Origin: a virus
Taxonomy: Duplodnaviria > Caudoviricetes
Virus record (IMG/VR): IMGVR_UViG_3300011989_000011
Location: 1 to 64,000 of that record
Direction: 5' to 3' (one strand)
DNA length: 64,000 bases
Shown here: piece after piece, positions 52,901 through 62,840 of the stretch
Layout of the letters: each line of letters starts with the position of its first letter
Position numbering within the stretch: the first letter of the stretch is position 1
The notes under the pieces: model-generated
Databases searched by the model: none
What the model was told of the DNA's origin: nothing
Seen by the model: only the letters and a program-made list of their open reading frames with translations
Made by a program: the position numbers and the translations under genes

Positions 52901-55260
52901 ATTTCCGCAAGCAGAATTACGAGCATAACAAGACTGTCTTCGAAAACTCCACGAAAGCCAAAAAAGGCAAGAAACCCGAGTACACTGGTACTATCGCGGG
53001 AACATCCCTCACCAAAGACCAGCAGGCACAGGTTGACGCACAGCGCAAGAAGGCAGAGAATGACTGGAACCGGTATCTCTTAGAGCAACAGCAGAAAGAG
53101 GCAGAATCTCTTAATGACTATCTCAAAGAGTATGGCTCCACACAAGAGAAACGTCTTGCTATTGCAAAAGAGTATGATGAGAAGATAGCAAAGGCACAGA
53201 CAGAGGGAGAAAGGTTATCCCTTAATGCACAGAAAGCACGTGCCCTATCGGATTTCGACATAAACAATGCTAAGTCTGAAATTAACTGGGAGGATGTTTT
53301 CGGCAATCTCGACTCGTTCACCAAAGACCAGCTCGGCAGGATAAAGCAGCAACTGAAAGAGATGCTCTCTTCGGGAGACCTTGACATTGACGGCTACAAG
53401 GATGTAGTAGACCAAATAGACAAGGTTAATGATGCCATCCTTTCGGCAGAGGACAAGCAGCGCAGTTTCCTGGGCGTTTCTGTCAGCTACAACACGGAGC
53501 GCAGAAAGCTTGAAATGGATGTCGCTGATGCGCTGGAAAGGCAGAATCAAGCCATGCAGGAAATGGGCGTTGTAAGTGCTGCCCTTACAATGCAGAGATT
53601 CTCCACGCAGCAACTTTTAAGCGGCTATGGAGTTAATGTCCAGCAGGGCGATGTCAGAGCCTCCAACGCAAACTCCATCCTAAAGCAGGTCGGTGACAAG
53701 TATGGGGAAAAATCAGAGCCGTACAAGAAAGTCAAAGATGCCCTTGACAAACTGGCGAAGAGTGAGACTGCCTACAATAATGTCGTAAAGAAAAAAGAAA
53801 AGGCTGACAACGATGCGACGCAGAAGCAGACAAAGTTAAACAAGTATCTTGCTGACTTTGCCGAGCGTCTCAAAGACATCATGCCTTTGCTTGAGCAGAT
53901 AAACTCAAACATACAGGACATTCCTGGGTTGCTCTCCACTCTTGGAGTGAGTGAGGACAGCTCTCTTGGTAAGGCAGCATCGGCATTTGCCGACGGTTCT
54001 CAATCGGCCATGGATGCGGCGAAGGACTACATGAGCGGTAACTATGTAGGAGCTGCCATGAATGGATTAAAGGCCGTCGGCTCTTACGTCCAGTCTGCAA
54101 CAAATCTGTTTGCAGGTGCTGGCAATGAGGCGAAGATGGAGGCAGAGATTGCAAGGCTGTCTGAATCAAACAGCGACCTTGCAGAAGCCATTGACAGCTT
54201 ATCAGACACTATCTCTGATTCTGACAACACGAACAAGCAGTCCGTTGACGCTTATAAGAAAGCCATTGACGCTGAAAAGGAAAGAGAGTCCAACCAGCGC
54301 ACAATGATTAATGACCGTGCGAGCGAGTGGTCTAATTCGGGGCATGGATTCCTTGGAATGGGAGGAAGAAGCTCGTTCAATGTTTACGCGAACAGAAACA
54401 TAGGAAACTGGCTTTCAGACTTCAACGCCGCTTTAACCAAGAATGGCTACAAGGGAAACCTAAGAAGCGTTGCGGACGTATGGAACCTTTCGCCGGAGGA
54501 GATGAAAGTCCTGCGTGATTTCTCACCCGAAGCATGGACTAAGTTTTTCAATAGTGGCGGTCAGAGCAACCCGAAGGAGCTTGCAGAGCAGTATATCGAG
54601 ATGGCAGGTAAGATGCAAGACCTTACCGAGTCTCTCAACGAAAAGCTCACAGGTTACTCTTGGGACAGCTTCAAGGATGGTTACGAGTCCGTCTTGGAAG
54701 ATATGTCAAGCGACACCGACTCCTTGGGTAAGCATATCGAGGAGGTACTTACAAAGGCCGTGGTTTCCTCTATGATGAATGATGAGTTCAAAGACAGGAT
54801 AAAGGAAATTTACGATTACCTTGCAAACGCAGCATCTGATGGGGACTTAACCGCTGACGAGCTTGCGAAAATTCGGTCAATGAACACGTCGCTCTCAAAA
54901 GACATGATGGACAGACGCAAGCAGCTTGTGGATGCTGGCTTAATCAATGATTCAAGCACATACTCGCAGAATGCGTCAAGCGGCTCATGGAAGTCTATGG
55001 GCGAGGACACAGCCCAAGAGCTGAACGGACGCTTCACAGCCTTGCAGGAGGCCGGGGAGCGTATCTCTGACGGTATTCAGACAATGGTTGTTACCGTTAA
55101 CTCCCTCTATGGGAAAGTTGATGACAACAATGTTACGTTGACAGAAATCAGAAATCTTATGATTACCAACAATGCCTTCTTGGAAGACATCCTATCGGCG
55201 AACAAGAGCTATTATGAGAAGTTCGACAGACACTTAGACAGAATAGAAAGGACACGATAA
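49936..55260 (+). CDS. Tape measure protein
   Basis: 1774 aa, helical and Ala-rich; TPFDLKGVAEGAKQLLAYG..QFQSRGIP N-domain. Confidence 0.93.
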   Translation: MSENLHIAITGDNQGFINALNGARAGVRATAREVEQSGGSIEQMFSRIKIAATGALAGFSAKAFIQQVATIRGEFQQLEASFTTLLGSAEKAQSMMGDITKLAATTPFDLKGVAEGAKQLLAYGVAAQDVTSTMRKLGDISAGLSLNLNDLVWLYGTTLTQGRMFTQDLRQFQSRGIPMAEELAKIFGVTKDQVAGLVSAGKVGSKEVIEAIDNMTKAGSQFGGLMDMQSHTITGQISNIEDTIDMAFNDLGKQSEGVINDVLSLTSTLVEHWQEVGAAILYAAETIGLYKAASVAISRFQSNATNLGIDAEIAQYSAILPQKEAAANADLQQAVAEGKLTEAKAAKVAAMREEVQAYVTELQQKAEAAAATAKEAVDEYNAATSKAAAASLDLDSAEEKVEAMQHAYEAAVQSGEASAMQTAEENLNSAAVEKNIAAKNLQTARTEVSTAAKKVDSTAQAAQTAQTELNTAQTGLNTAATAADTTAKGLWAQVTALATRAQQAFNASMFASPLFWIAAVIAGVTFAIYELATADTAQEAAQKNVNNAMDDFNKKLEERKQKAEELIHTIQSENATDFEKAEAYEQLSKLMPSITEKYTQAELAALDFGKAQKDIGENIDTAKIDEARKNVEEFTKAIQDTKDAMADDAKYNGGRGGLALARQLEEQQESLKKYEDQVLAYENIVEQARQQAEEANKPIEVKLEEAQGNYQVKQDIYDFYKEAMNLAEQLQAGNEEINYATGATKLDEFIAKTQAELADLRRQEAANPLDLNLRLKEQEKTKVLNGILDMKAQMNKQGTCIIPLWFQVDWNSLTKGVNDAKNKVAQLAQQKIDNNFGTQFNNKKKARDDAYKKLQKINKNKSAYTVQEYQSAKKAYDDAEKDFTQNYGGTSIKVQTSTANKVHNAARSSATKLQNQAQQAAREAAQRRARLREENQRWDEEMAKERVSSINAQEEARISAIADGAEKEREERRLQYRKDLEQVSQQERDFRKQNYEHNKTVFENSTKAKKGKKPEYTGTIAGTSLTKDQQAQVDAQRKKAENDWNRYLLEQQQKEAESLNDYLKEYGSTQEKRLAIAKEYDEKIAKAQTEGERLSLNAQKARALSDFDINNAKSEINWEDVFGNLDSFTKDQLGRIKQQLKEMLSSGDLDIDGYKDVVDQIDKVNDAILSAEDKQRSFLGVSVSYNTERRKLEMDVADALERQNQAMQEMGVVSAALTMQRFSTQQLLSGYGVNVQQGDVRASNANSILKQVGDKYGEKSEPYKKVKDALDKLAKSETAYNNVVKKKEKADNDATQKQTKLNKYLADFAERLKDIMPLLEQINSNIQDIPGLLSTLGVSEDSSLGKAASAFADGSQSAMDAAKDYMSGNYVGAAMNGLKAVGSYVQSATNLFAGAGNEAKMEAEIARLSESNSDLAEAIDSLSDTISDSDNTNKQSVDAYKKAIDAEKERESNQRTMINDRASEWSNSGHGFLGMGGRSSFNVYANRNIGNWLSDFNAALTKNGYKGNLRSVADVWNLSPEEMKVLRDFSPEAWTKFFNSGGQSNPKELAEQYIEMAGKMQDLTESLNEKLTGYSWDSFKDGYESVLEDMSSDTDSLGKHIEEVLTKAVVSSMMNDEFKDRIKEIYDYLANAASDGDLTADELAKIRSMNTSLSKDMMDRRKQLVDAGLINDSSTYSQNASSGSWKSMGEDTAQELNGRFTALQEAGERISDGIQTMVVTVNSLYGKVDDNNVTLTEIRNLMITNNAFLEDILSANKSYYEKFDRHLDRIERTR

Positions 55261-55667
55261 TGGGAAAAGACTTAACTATAAACGGTAACAGCGCATGGGA
55301 CGCTTACGGCGTTTACCTTGACGACAGCTCGTTGGGTCAGCTGCTCTGCCCTCCCCCACTGAAAGACCGTGTGACGAGCATGAGCCGCACGGAGAACGGC
55401 ACACGTGTGGTGACGAACGCTCCGGTATTTGTAGCGGAGCGCGACATCACCCTCCAGCTTGGCATCTATGGCAAGACGGAGAGTGAGTTCCTTAGCCACG
55501 TATCGGCCTTCACCTCCCTGCTGACTACATCGCAGGAGATCGTGATTGGTGCCGGCGGCGTGACCTGCCATTGTATCTACAAGAGTTGCAACCAGTTCAG
55601 CTCTTATCAGCGCGGCATCGGCAAGTTCGTGCTGCGCCTGACGGAATATAACCCGGCAAAACGATAA
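55260..55667 (+). CDS. Distal tail protein-like
   Basis: Directly after TMP; AWDAYGV..S..ENG.RV..ERD.TL..EYNP. Confidence 0.65.
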   Translation: MGKDLTINGNSAWDAYGVYLDDSSLGQLLCPPPLKDRVTSMSRTENGTRVVTNAPVFVAERDITLQLGIYGKTESEFLSHVSAFTSLLTTSQEIVIGAGGVTCHCIYKSCNQFSSYQRGIGKFVLRLTEYNPAKR

Positions 55668-55670
55668 TTC

Positions 55671-58600
55671 ATGGCAACAACAGCGAATATCATAAGCATC
55701 AACGGCGGCAGCCATACGGTAGTCTTGGAGAGTTCTTCGGTGCGGCACTTGGAGCTAATGTCGAAGGACTATGTACGTCTTGTGTTCTCTACGGATAAGA
55801 AGATCAACATAAATGTCGGAGACAGCGTTGGTCTCGACGAATATGGCACCTTCTATATCACGGAGCCTCAGAAGGGTACGTACAATAAGAATACTGGCGG
55901 TTACGACTACGACCTCCAGTTCAACGCCTCTTATTTCCTTTGGAAGAACAAGATATATAAGTTTGACCCCGGCAAGGAGGGGAAGAACGAGACCACGTGG
56001 TCACTGACGGGCACGCTGGAAGAGCACATGGCCGTGTTTTTAGAGAACCTCAAGGAGTACGGGTACAACTGTGAAGTAGAAGACAGTATCTACAAAGACG
56101 AGAGCAGCCATCGGGTCGTCTATATCCAGTTTGACAAGACCAACCTCTTCGATGCCCTGACGCAGATAGCCGAGAAGTTCAGCTACGAATGGGCTGTCGA
56201 TGGCGGTCTGATATACTTCGGAAACATCATTGAAGATGACCTGACCCCTGCCGTGAGCCTCACCATGGGCGACAACGTGGAGGACATGAGTGCCCAGGAT
56301 TCCAACAATGATGCCATCAACCGCTACTACGTGTTCGGATCAACCCGTAATATACCCCAAGGGTATCGTCAGAAAGACACGGGCATCGTGATGAACGGCG
56401 TTGTGCAGAAGCGGCTGATGCTCCCCAAGGGTGTTCCCTACATTGACACCCGCATAGGCATGAAGCCCAACGAGGTCGTGGAGGGCGTACTGGTGCTTGA
56501 CGACATCTACCCGAGGACAAAGAGCAAGGTGGCGACGGTGACGGCCGTGGAGAAAAACATGGAGACGACGGAAGCTGCTGCACAGCAAGCAAGCGACGCT
56601 GCTGCACAGCAGCAGCCTACAGAACCCAGCGGTACGAGCACAACGACGGGAAGCACCGACACTAACGCTGCCGTAAACGGCAGCGCACAGAACGGCAGCG
56701 CACATAACGGAACGGGAGCGGCAACGGGGACGACGGAAACGACAAGCGGAACCACAACGGACGGGAAGAAGACGGAGAAAGTGAACGTCTACCGGTTTAC
56801 GACCAAGGATTTCACGTTCAGCAAGGACTATATCCTGTCGGGTCAGACGTTGCAGGTGCAGTTTCAGTCGGGCAAGCTGAACGGCATGACATTCGATGTG
56901 GCATTTAACCCCGAGGGCGAGAGCGAGCAGGTGGCCAAGAAGGACGAAAACGGCAAGGAGGTAGCGGGCGAGACGGAGGCCAACCCCGCGGCGCAGGTGT
57001 TCGAGCTTGTGAGGAACGACACGTACGGCATCATGCTGCCTAACGACACTATCCATCCGGAGGTGGACGACACCTTTGTCCTTCTCGGCTGGGATGCCAA
57101 CAAGATGTCGACGTGGAAGGAACTTATCACAAAGGCAGAGAAAGAGCTTGAGGATCGCGCCAGGACCTATCTCAGCAGCAAGGAGGAGGACCCGTTGACG
57201 TACACCTGCACGATGATGTCGGACTGGATGTACGGCCTCAACGGAGAGGGCAAGCAGGACGCCAGTTTCACAAAGGTGGGCACGTTCTACCTCGGTCTGA
57301 GGGTGAACCTCAGCAACGAGGCTTTCTTTGGCAGCGGTGGCCGCCAAAGCAGGGTCGTAGGGTATGAGTACAAGCTGGACATTCCCTATGACGGTGCGAA
57401 GATATACTGTGGCGAGTCGGCTTTCTACAGTAAGAACAAGGCCACTCAGAGTGCCATCAACGAGGTGAAGGAGAGTGTGCTGAACCATCAGGGTGGTGGA
57501 GAAAATGGTGGTGGAAATGGTGGTGGAAACATCCGGCTCATCCGCTCCTCCGACCGTGTCACCCCTGCTTCGGACACAACGGCTTACTCATCTCTTCGCA
57601 GCGACATGGACTTCGCCCACAAGCGTAAGGACGACAACATCTCCGCTCTGTGGACGTTCGAGAACGGCTACGGAGCCCGTCGTGGCCTTCAGACTTACGA
57701 ATACAGAAACAAAGCCAACGAAGACAACCTCTTTGGCAGCGGCTTCGAGCTCACGGAGCGCACCACGAGCAACGGCGGGAAGCGGAGCCGTTTGGAGGTT
57801 GACGAGCTTCTTGTTAGGGTAAAGGCCTTCTTTGCTGAGCTTGAGATACGTAAGATCAGCTATGTTGGCGGCAACTACCTCTTCAGCGCAGCCGGGAGTA
57901 AGATATACTATGTGGAGTGGCTTGACGCTAAAGGAGCCGTGCTTGACAAGAGCAGCCACCAGGCGAGCGAGGCATACACCTTCAGATGCTATCTGTACTC
58001 GGACAACGGGACCACGGCCACGATGAACTACTTTGCCGCCGACGACCAGGTCATCTGCAAGACGTTCAACATCGACGAGGGCGTACATAAGAACGTCTCC
58101 AACAAATATTGGTGGAGACGTGCCACGGGCACGGGCAAAGGGTCGATAGCGGCTCTTTCTGACAAGACGGAGTATCAGTATGTGGACATCTCGATGAACG
58201 ACTGCGACGAGAAATCGGACTACCCGGAGGAAAACGACACCATTGTGCAGCTCGGCAACTGGTCGAACTCGGCAAGGCAAGGAGCCATCTACCTCATGGT
58301 GGAGGGCGAGAGTGCCCCTGCCATCATGGAGTACAGCGATCTCGGAGCCAACGGTAAGCACTTCATGCTGACCAAGCCGACGCTCCAGCTATCGCCAAAG
58401 GGGAACATCATCTATGGAGAGTTTCACTCGGTGAACGACACCACTACCAACCCCGACGGCAAGAGCATCGACGAGATGATTGAGGCCTTGATGAAGCAGA
58501 TAGCCGAGATACAAGCTCAGGCAGACAAGAAGTTCGACATCTACTTCGAGGGCAGTGCCCCGCACCCATTGAAAGGCGAGGATTTCTCCACTGCCAACTA

Positions 58601-61463
58601 TCCTGCCAAGGAATGGACTACCGACGCGCTGAAGGAGCTGCACGTGCAAGACCTTTACTATGACACCGACATCGCCCCTGCCTCGGATGGCGGCCGTGCG
58701 TGGCGTTGGGTCAGCGAGAGCACCACGGGGACGGACGGTTCCACTACCAAGACTTATTACTGGGAGATGGTGACAGACCAAGACACCATATCAGCCTTGG
58801 AGAAGGCAAGAGACTTGCAGAACCAAGTGGACGACATCGTGAGCGACGGAGTCATCAGCAAGGGGAGCGAGAAGAGCGACTTACTGATAGAGTGGCACAA
58901 GGCGGCATCCAACTACGAGAAATATAGGGAGCAGGCAGACGACTACTCGCTGCTTAATGACGACGTATGGAAGAAATACCACGACGCGTTCTTTACCGTT
59001 GCGACGATGCTCAATAACGGCACGACTTACATAGAGAAGAACCGCACGGACGGTGTCACTCCTGCCTGGCTCGACGTGACCGTTGACACCGTGCTGGCAG
59101 ACACGCCAACGAAAAACGCTGCCACCTACAGGGATACGTGGAACGACTACTATACGACCTTCGCCGCAGTGCTGAAGCTCATATCGGGCAAGGCCAAGGA
59201 ACTTGCTGACAACGCACAGAAGAGCGCGGACGAGGCGAACGGAGCCATAGACGACATTGTGTCTGACGGAAGGCTGGACCCGAGCGAGAAGATAACCATC
59301 AAGCGTGACTTCCTTGCCTTCTACCATGAACTGACGGACGACAATGGCCTTAAGGATAAGGGGCAGGACGAGAACGACAAGTTCTACACCGACGGCATAG
59401 AGACGGCCTATGACAAGGTCATTGGTTGCTTCAATGAGGTAGGCACCCTGCTCAACGGCTCCGTCTCATGGGCATTGGGAGCTGTCTTGGACGAGGACAC
59501 CCTGCCCGTGTGGTTGCGGAACCCACCCACCGTTTTGACCTCTACGGACAAAAACGAGTACATCACCGTGACGAGCACCATCAACGCAGACGACTTCCGC
59601 AGCAAGTGGTCAGCGATGTATGCGGCAAAGTCGGCCTACATCGCCCTGCTGTCGGAATACGCCAAGGGCCTTGCTGACAACGCACAGAAGAGCGCGGACG
59701 AGAAGGTGCAGACGTTTGTCACGGAGAAGGTGCCGGACCCACCGTATAAGACGGGCGATTTTTGGATTCAGACGGGAAACGGAAACAATATGATGATATG
59801 CACCACCGGCAGGGAGAGCGGGAATGGTGAACTTTCAGACTGGACCGACCTTGCCGATCTCGCCAATAAGAACAATGCGCGCATCCAGCTGGCCATGCTC
59901 GGTGACAAGATATACGAACTGTCGGGAGGGTACATCCGGAATAATGGCAAAATATCCATCGTGTTCTCAGCCAACCAGCCTGCGTCGGCCACGGACGGAG
60001 ACCTGTGGTTTGATGGTGAGAAGCTGAAAAGATATGTGTCCTCATGGGAAGAGATCAAGACGGACAGCTATGTGAGGGCGTTCAAGACGGTGTTTGACAT
60101 CGTTGGCCAACGGACGCTTACCTGCTATAATGCCGTTCAGACACAGAACATGAAGCTCTACGACCTTGTGCTGCGGAATACCGAGTGGCACGACCCGTTC
60201 AAGGATGAGACTGTGTACGGAAACGTAGAGGTGCTGATGTACAACGGCAAGAGTTGGGAGACGCTGAAAGAATGCACGCGAGCCATCATCGACAACCTCG
60301 GTGATGAGCTGAGGCTTGTAGTATTCGGCTCTGACGGCACTGGCGCGCAGGACTCCTCCGGCCTTATCACGACGAAGATGTTTAATAAGCTGTTCACGGA
60401 GCATGTGTCGGATGATGGTTTGGTTACCAGGGCTTCAGTAGAGACCGTGATAGAGTTTGATGACGATGGGAATGCGACCGGCATTGTGAGCATTGATGCT
60501 GATAAAATCAACTTCATCGGTAAGACTATTATCAATGGTAACTTTGTTGTTGACACAGATGGTAATCTCACGCTGAATCATCTTACGGCAGATAATGCGG
60601 ATATAACTGGCAAGGTAACAGCTAACACTGGTACTATTGGAGGTTTCACTATCGGATATGATGGCTTGTATTCAGGTTCATGGGACACCTCCAAAGCAAC
60701 GACCATTTCTGACGCGTGGTTTGATACGGATAACAAGGAGAGTATCTGTTACCTCAGTCCATCAGCGTTGTGGTTGGAGCAGCAAGTTGGATATTTCAAA
60801 GATGGAGACGTAGCTTATTTGCAAGTGGGTTTAGGGCGTGGTTCTGACCCTACATCGAAAGGCAGCGAGGCTGGGTATTGTGCGTCTGCTATGTATATCA
60901 AGAGGCAGATGAACTCCAACCCAACTGAGGCAAGTTATTACTATCCTGCGGCTCAGATTATCTCCGACAACGTGATCAACCGCAACGTTGCCCTAAGGCT
61001 CGTCGGCGGCTTGCAGGTGCATGGCGGAATCATGGAGAAGGGCTATTCGCTCAGCTATACCAAATCCGACGACACAAATATTCTTGACCTGTCGTTTGGA
61101 ACAACTTTCTTGCTTCATACCTCGGTGGCTCCAAAAAAATCGGGTAATACAGAAATTTATGCATCTTTCTACTTCCCGACGTTGACAGCATTAAGAAATC
61201 AACTGGGTATAACAAGTACGAGTGAGTCTTTCGCTGTCAGGGTTATCATTATATCTCGAAAAGACACCGAAGTTTATATGATATGTACGCAGAAAAACAA
61301 CAGCAGCGTGTCTGCATCAGAGGCTGGCACCTTGGTAGATAACAATGGTAATGAATGGAATGAATCTCATACCATCATGAGAGCTGGCGACTGTTCTATT
61401 TACTGCTTGTGCTATACGCCAACTACAGGGTATTATGCACAAAAGGTTACTGACTTTTACTAA
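55671..61463 (+). CDS. Large tail-tip / baseplate hub and central fibre protein
   Basis: 1930 aa; YVFGSTRNIP..LDDIYPR..GYEYKLD hub region, RSRLEVDELLVR region, internal repeats. Confidence 0.82.
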   Translation: MATTANIISINGGSHTVVLESSSVRHLELMSKDYVRLVFSTDKKININVGDSVGLDEYGTFYITEPQKGTYNKNTGGYDYDLQFNASYFLWKNKIYKFDPGKEGKNETTWSLTGTLEEHMAVFLENLKEYGYNCEVEDSIYKDESSHRVVYIQFDKTNLFDALTQIAEKFSYEWAVDGGLIYFGNIIEDDLTPAVSLTMGDNVEDMSAQDSNNDAINRYYVFGSTRNIPQGYRQKDTGIVMNGVVQKRLMLPKGVPYIDTRIGMKPNEVVEGVLVLDDIYPRTKSKVATVTAVEKNMETTEAAAQQASDAAAQQQPTEPSGTSTTTGSTDTNAAVNGSAQNGSAHNGTGAATGTTETTSGTTTDGKKTEKVNVYRFTTKDFTFSKDYILSGQTLQVQFQSGKLNGMTFDVAFNPEGESEQVAKKDENGKEVAGETEANPAAQVFELVRNDTYGIMLPNDTIHPEVDDTFVLLGWDANKMSTWKELITKAEKELEDRARTYLSSKEEDPLTYTCTMMSDWMYGLNGEGKQDASFTKVGTFYLGLRVNLSNEAFFGSGGRQSRVVGYEYKLDIPYDGAKIYCGESAFYSKNKATQSAINEVKESVLNHQGGGENGGGNGGGNIRLIRSSDRVTPASDTTAYSSLRSDMDFAHKRKDDNISALWTFENGYGARRGLQTYEYRNKANEDNLFGSGFELTERTTSNGGKRSRLEVDELLVRVKAFFAELEIRKISYVGGNYLFSAAGSKIYYVEWLDAKGAVLDKSSHQASEAYTFRCYLYSDNGTTATMNYFAADDQVICKTFNIDEGVHKNVSNKYWWRRATGTGKGSIAALSDKTEYQYVDISMNDCDEKSDYPEENDTIVQLGNWSNSARQGAIYLMVEGESAPAIMEYSDLGANGKHFMLTKPTLQLSPKGNIIYGEFHSVNDTTTNPDGKSIDEMIEALMKQIAEIQAQADKKFDIYFEGSAPHPLKGEDFSTANYPAKEWTTDALKELHVQDLYYDTDIAPASDGGRAWRWVSESTTGTDGSTTKTYYWEMVTDQDTISALEKARDLQNQVDDIVSDGVISKGSEKSDLLIEWHKAASNYEKYREQADDYSLLNDDVWKKYHDAFFTVATMLNNGTTYIEKNRTDGVTPAWLDVTVDTVLADTPTKNAATYRDTWNDYYTTFAAVLKLISGKAKELADNAQKSADEANGAIDDIVSDGRLDPSEKITIKRDFLAFYHELTDDNGLKDKGQDENDKFYTDGIETAYDKVIGCFNEVGTLLNGSVSWALGAVLDEDTLPVWLRNPPTVLTSTDKNEYITVTSTINADDFRSKWSAMYAAKSAYIALLSEYAKGLADNAQKSADEKVQTFVTEKVPDPPYKTGDFWIQTGNGNNMMICTTGRESGNGELSDWTDLADLANKNNARIQLAMLGDKIYELSGGYIRNNGKISIVFSANQPASATDGDLWFDGEKLKRYVSSWEEIKTDSYVRAFKTVFDIVGQRTLTCYNAVQTQNMKLYDLVLRNTEWHDPFKDETVYGNVEVLMYNGKSWETLKECTRAIIDNLGDELRLVVFGSDGTGAQDSSGLITTKMFNKLFTEHVSDDGLVTRASVETVIEFDDDGNATGIVSIDADKINFIGKTIINGNFVVDTDGNLTLNHLTADNADITGKVTANTGTIGGFTIGYDGLYSGSWDTSKATTISDAWFDTDNKESICYLSPSALWLEQQVGYFKDGDVAYLQVGLGRGSDPTSKGSEAGYCASAMYIKRQMNSNPTEASYYYPAAQIISDNVINRNVALRLVGGLQVHGGIMEKGYSLSYTKSDDTNILDLSFGTTFLLHTSVAPKKSGNTEIYASFYFPTLTALRNQLGITSTSESFAVRVIIISRKDTEVYMICTQKNNSSVSASEAGTLVDNNGNEWNESHTIMRAGDCSIYCLCYTPTTGYYAQKVTDFY
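59202..59702 (+). repeat. 33-bp direct repeat CTTGCTGACAACGCACAGAAGAGCGCGGACGAG at 59202-59234 and 59670-59702
   Basis: Exact duplication encoding LADNAQKSADE. Confidence 0.85.
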
Positions 61464-61474
61464 TTCGTACAACC

Positions 61475-61804
61475 ATGAAGATTATAGAGAACAACATTCT
61501 GCCCCCTCGTGGCTACAAGGCTATAACCATCCTCAACATGATATTCGTGAGGCATGGCGTGAAGCTGTCTGATACAGACATCCGGCATGAGAGCATCCAC
61601 TTCGAGCAGGAGAAGGAGCTGGCCTTTGTCGGCTTCTATCTGCTGTACGCTTTGGAGTTCCTAATCCGGCTTCTCATTATACGCAACTGGCATAAGGCAT
61701 ACCGCTCCATCTCCTTTGAGCGTGAGGCCTACGCCAATCAGGGCGCATGGTTCTATCTCGATGTGCGGAAGCATTACTCATGGGTTCACTTCTTAAAATT
61801 CTAA
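61475..61804 (+). CDS. Small HExxH-containing phage protein
   Basis: IRHESIHFEQ..FYLLYALE..ISFEREAY. Confidence 0.7.
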   Translation: MKIIENNILPPRGYKAITILNMIFVRHGVKLSDTDIRHESIHFEQEKELAFVGFYLLYALEFLIRLLIIRNWHKAYRSISFEREAYANQGAWFYLDVRKHYSWVHFLKF

Positions 61805-61807
61805 GAT

Positions 61808-62092
61808 ATGGCTAAGATTAATTTTTCAAAGTTCAAGGTTCCGGTTTCGTTTAACGGAAGCGAGAAGGTATTCAGCATTGGTAAGGTGCTGGGCAACGCA
61901 ATGAAGTACACCGGACCAATAGTTGGCGACATCGGTTTTGACAAGCTGGCCGAGACCATCTATTTTTCAGACGGTCCGGTGGAGATCCCTGCCGAGTACA
62001 TCCGCCCGATGATGCAGGTAATCAACGACGGTCCTTTCATGGCCACAATCAAGAGGGAGCTGATAAAGCAGCTCGATGGCAATGGCGAGTAA
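61808..62092 (+). CDS. Hypothetical tail-region protein
   Basis: 94-aa ORF. Confidence 0.65.
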   Translation: MAKINFSKFKVPVSFNGSEKVFSIGKVLGNAMKYTGPIVGDIGFDKLAETIYFSDGPVEIPAEYIRPMMQVINDGPFMATIKRELIKQLDGNGE

Positions 62093-62360
62093 GGAGAAGA
62101 TAGGGTTCATCGTAGACCGCAAGGATGTGACTGACGGGCACGTTCGTCTCACCATAAGGATGCTCAACAGCAGCAAAGCAATGGTGAAGACGAACGAGAT
62201 GCCTATCATCCTCAACTCCATCAAGGCAAGCGGCATGATAGACCCAAAGATACAACGAGGTTTCACTTATGCGTTCCCGTTCGAGCTGTCGCAGGGTCAC
62301 GGATTCCCGTACATGCTTGACATGAACCTCGAAGACCACGGGATGCTAAAACTGGTATGA
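62079..62360 (+). CDS. Hypothetical tail-region protein
   Basis: Overlaps the previous gene. Confidence 0.55.
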   Translation, partial: AMASKEKIGFIVDRKDVTDGHVRLTIRMLNSSKAMVKTNEMPIILNSIKASGMIDPKIQRGFTYAFPFELSQGHGFPYMLDMNLEDHGMLKLV

Positions 62361-62361
62361 C

Positions 62362-62661
62362 ATGGCACTGGATATAGTAACGAAGAGGGATGGCGACCTG
62401 CTTACGGCCACGGAGTTCAACGCTGTGGTGCAGGCCATCAAGGACAACGAGAGGTCGGTAGACACGCTCGGCACGAACTACACCAACATGGGTAAGACCG
62501 TGGAGGGTGTGCAGAAGGCGCAGAACCTGCAAGGGCAGGACATCAAGACGCTCAATGCCAACATGGTGAAGATGGTCTCGCTGACACAAGAGGCCTACGA
62601 CGCGCTTGTAGCAGCAGGGACGGTGGACGCGGATACTTACTATAACATACTCGAAGAATGA
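62362..62661 (+). CDS. Small tail-fibre-associated protein
   Basis: GDLLTATEFNAVV..LTQEAYDAL..DADTYY. Confidence 0.65.
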   Translation: MALDIVTKRDGDLLTATEFNAVVQAIKDNERSVDTLGTNYTNMGKTVEGVQKAQNLQGQDIKTLNANMVKMVSLTQEAYDALVAAGTVDADTYYNILEE

Positions 62662-62828
62662 TTATCAAAAACTCCATAACCATGCAGGCCCGGTATTACG
62701 GGACGAAGACCATATCAGCAGTCTATTATGGTGCAAAGCTGGTATGGGAGGCTATCACGAGCTGCTTTGGAAGTGGTATGTGGCTGAACTTGCGTGCGTG
62801 GAAGAATACTGACGGTTGGAAAAATTAA
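62658..62828 (+). CDS. Small tail-associated protein (56 aa, not in the ORF track)
   Basis: ISAVYYGAKLVWEAITSCFGSGMW..W.N..GW. Confidence 0.65.
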   Translation: MIIKNSITMQARYYGTKTISAVYYGAKLVWEAITSCFGSGMWLNLRAWKNTDGWKN

Positions 62829-62840
62829 AACGACAATACT

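Noticed and set aside
56340-59327. Long minus-strand ORFs (e.g. 56340-57488, 57588-58361, 50647-51333)
   Set aside because: Antisense shadows of GC-rich structural genes with no motifs or promoters
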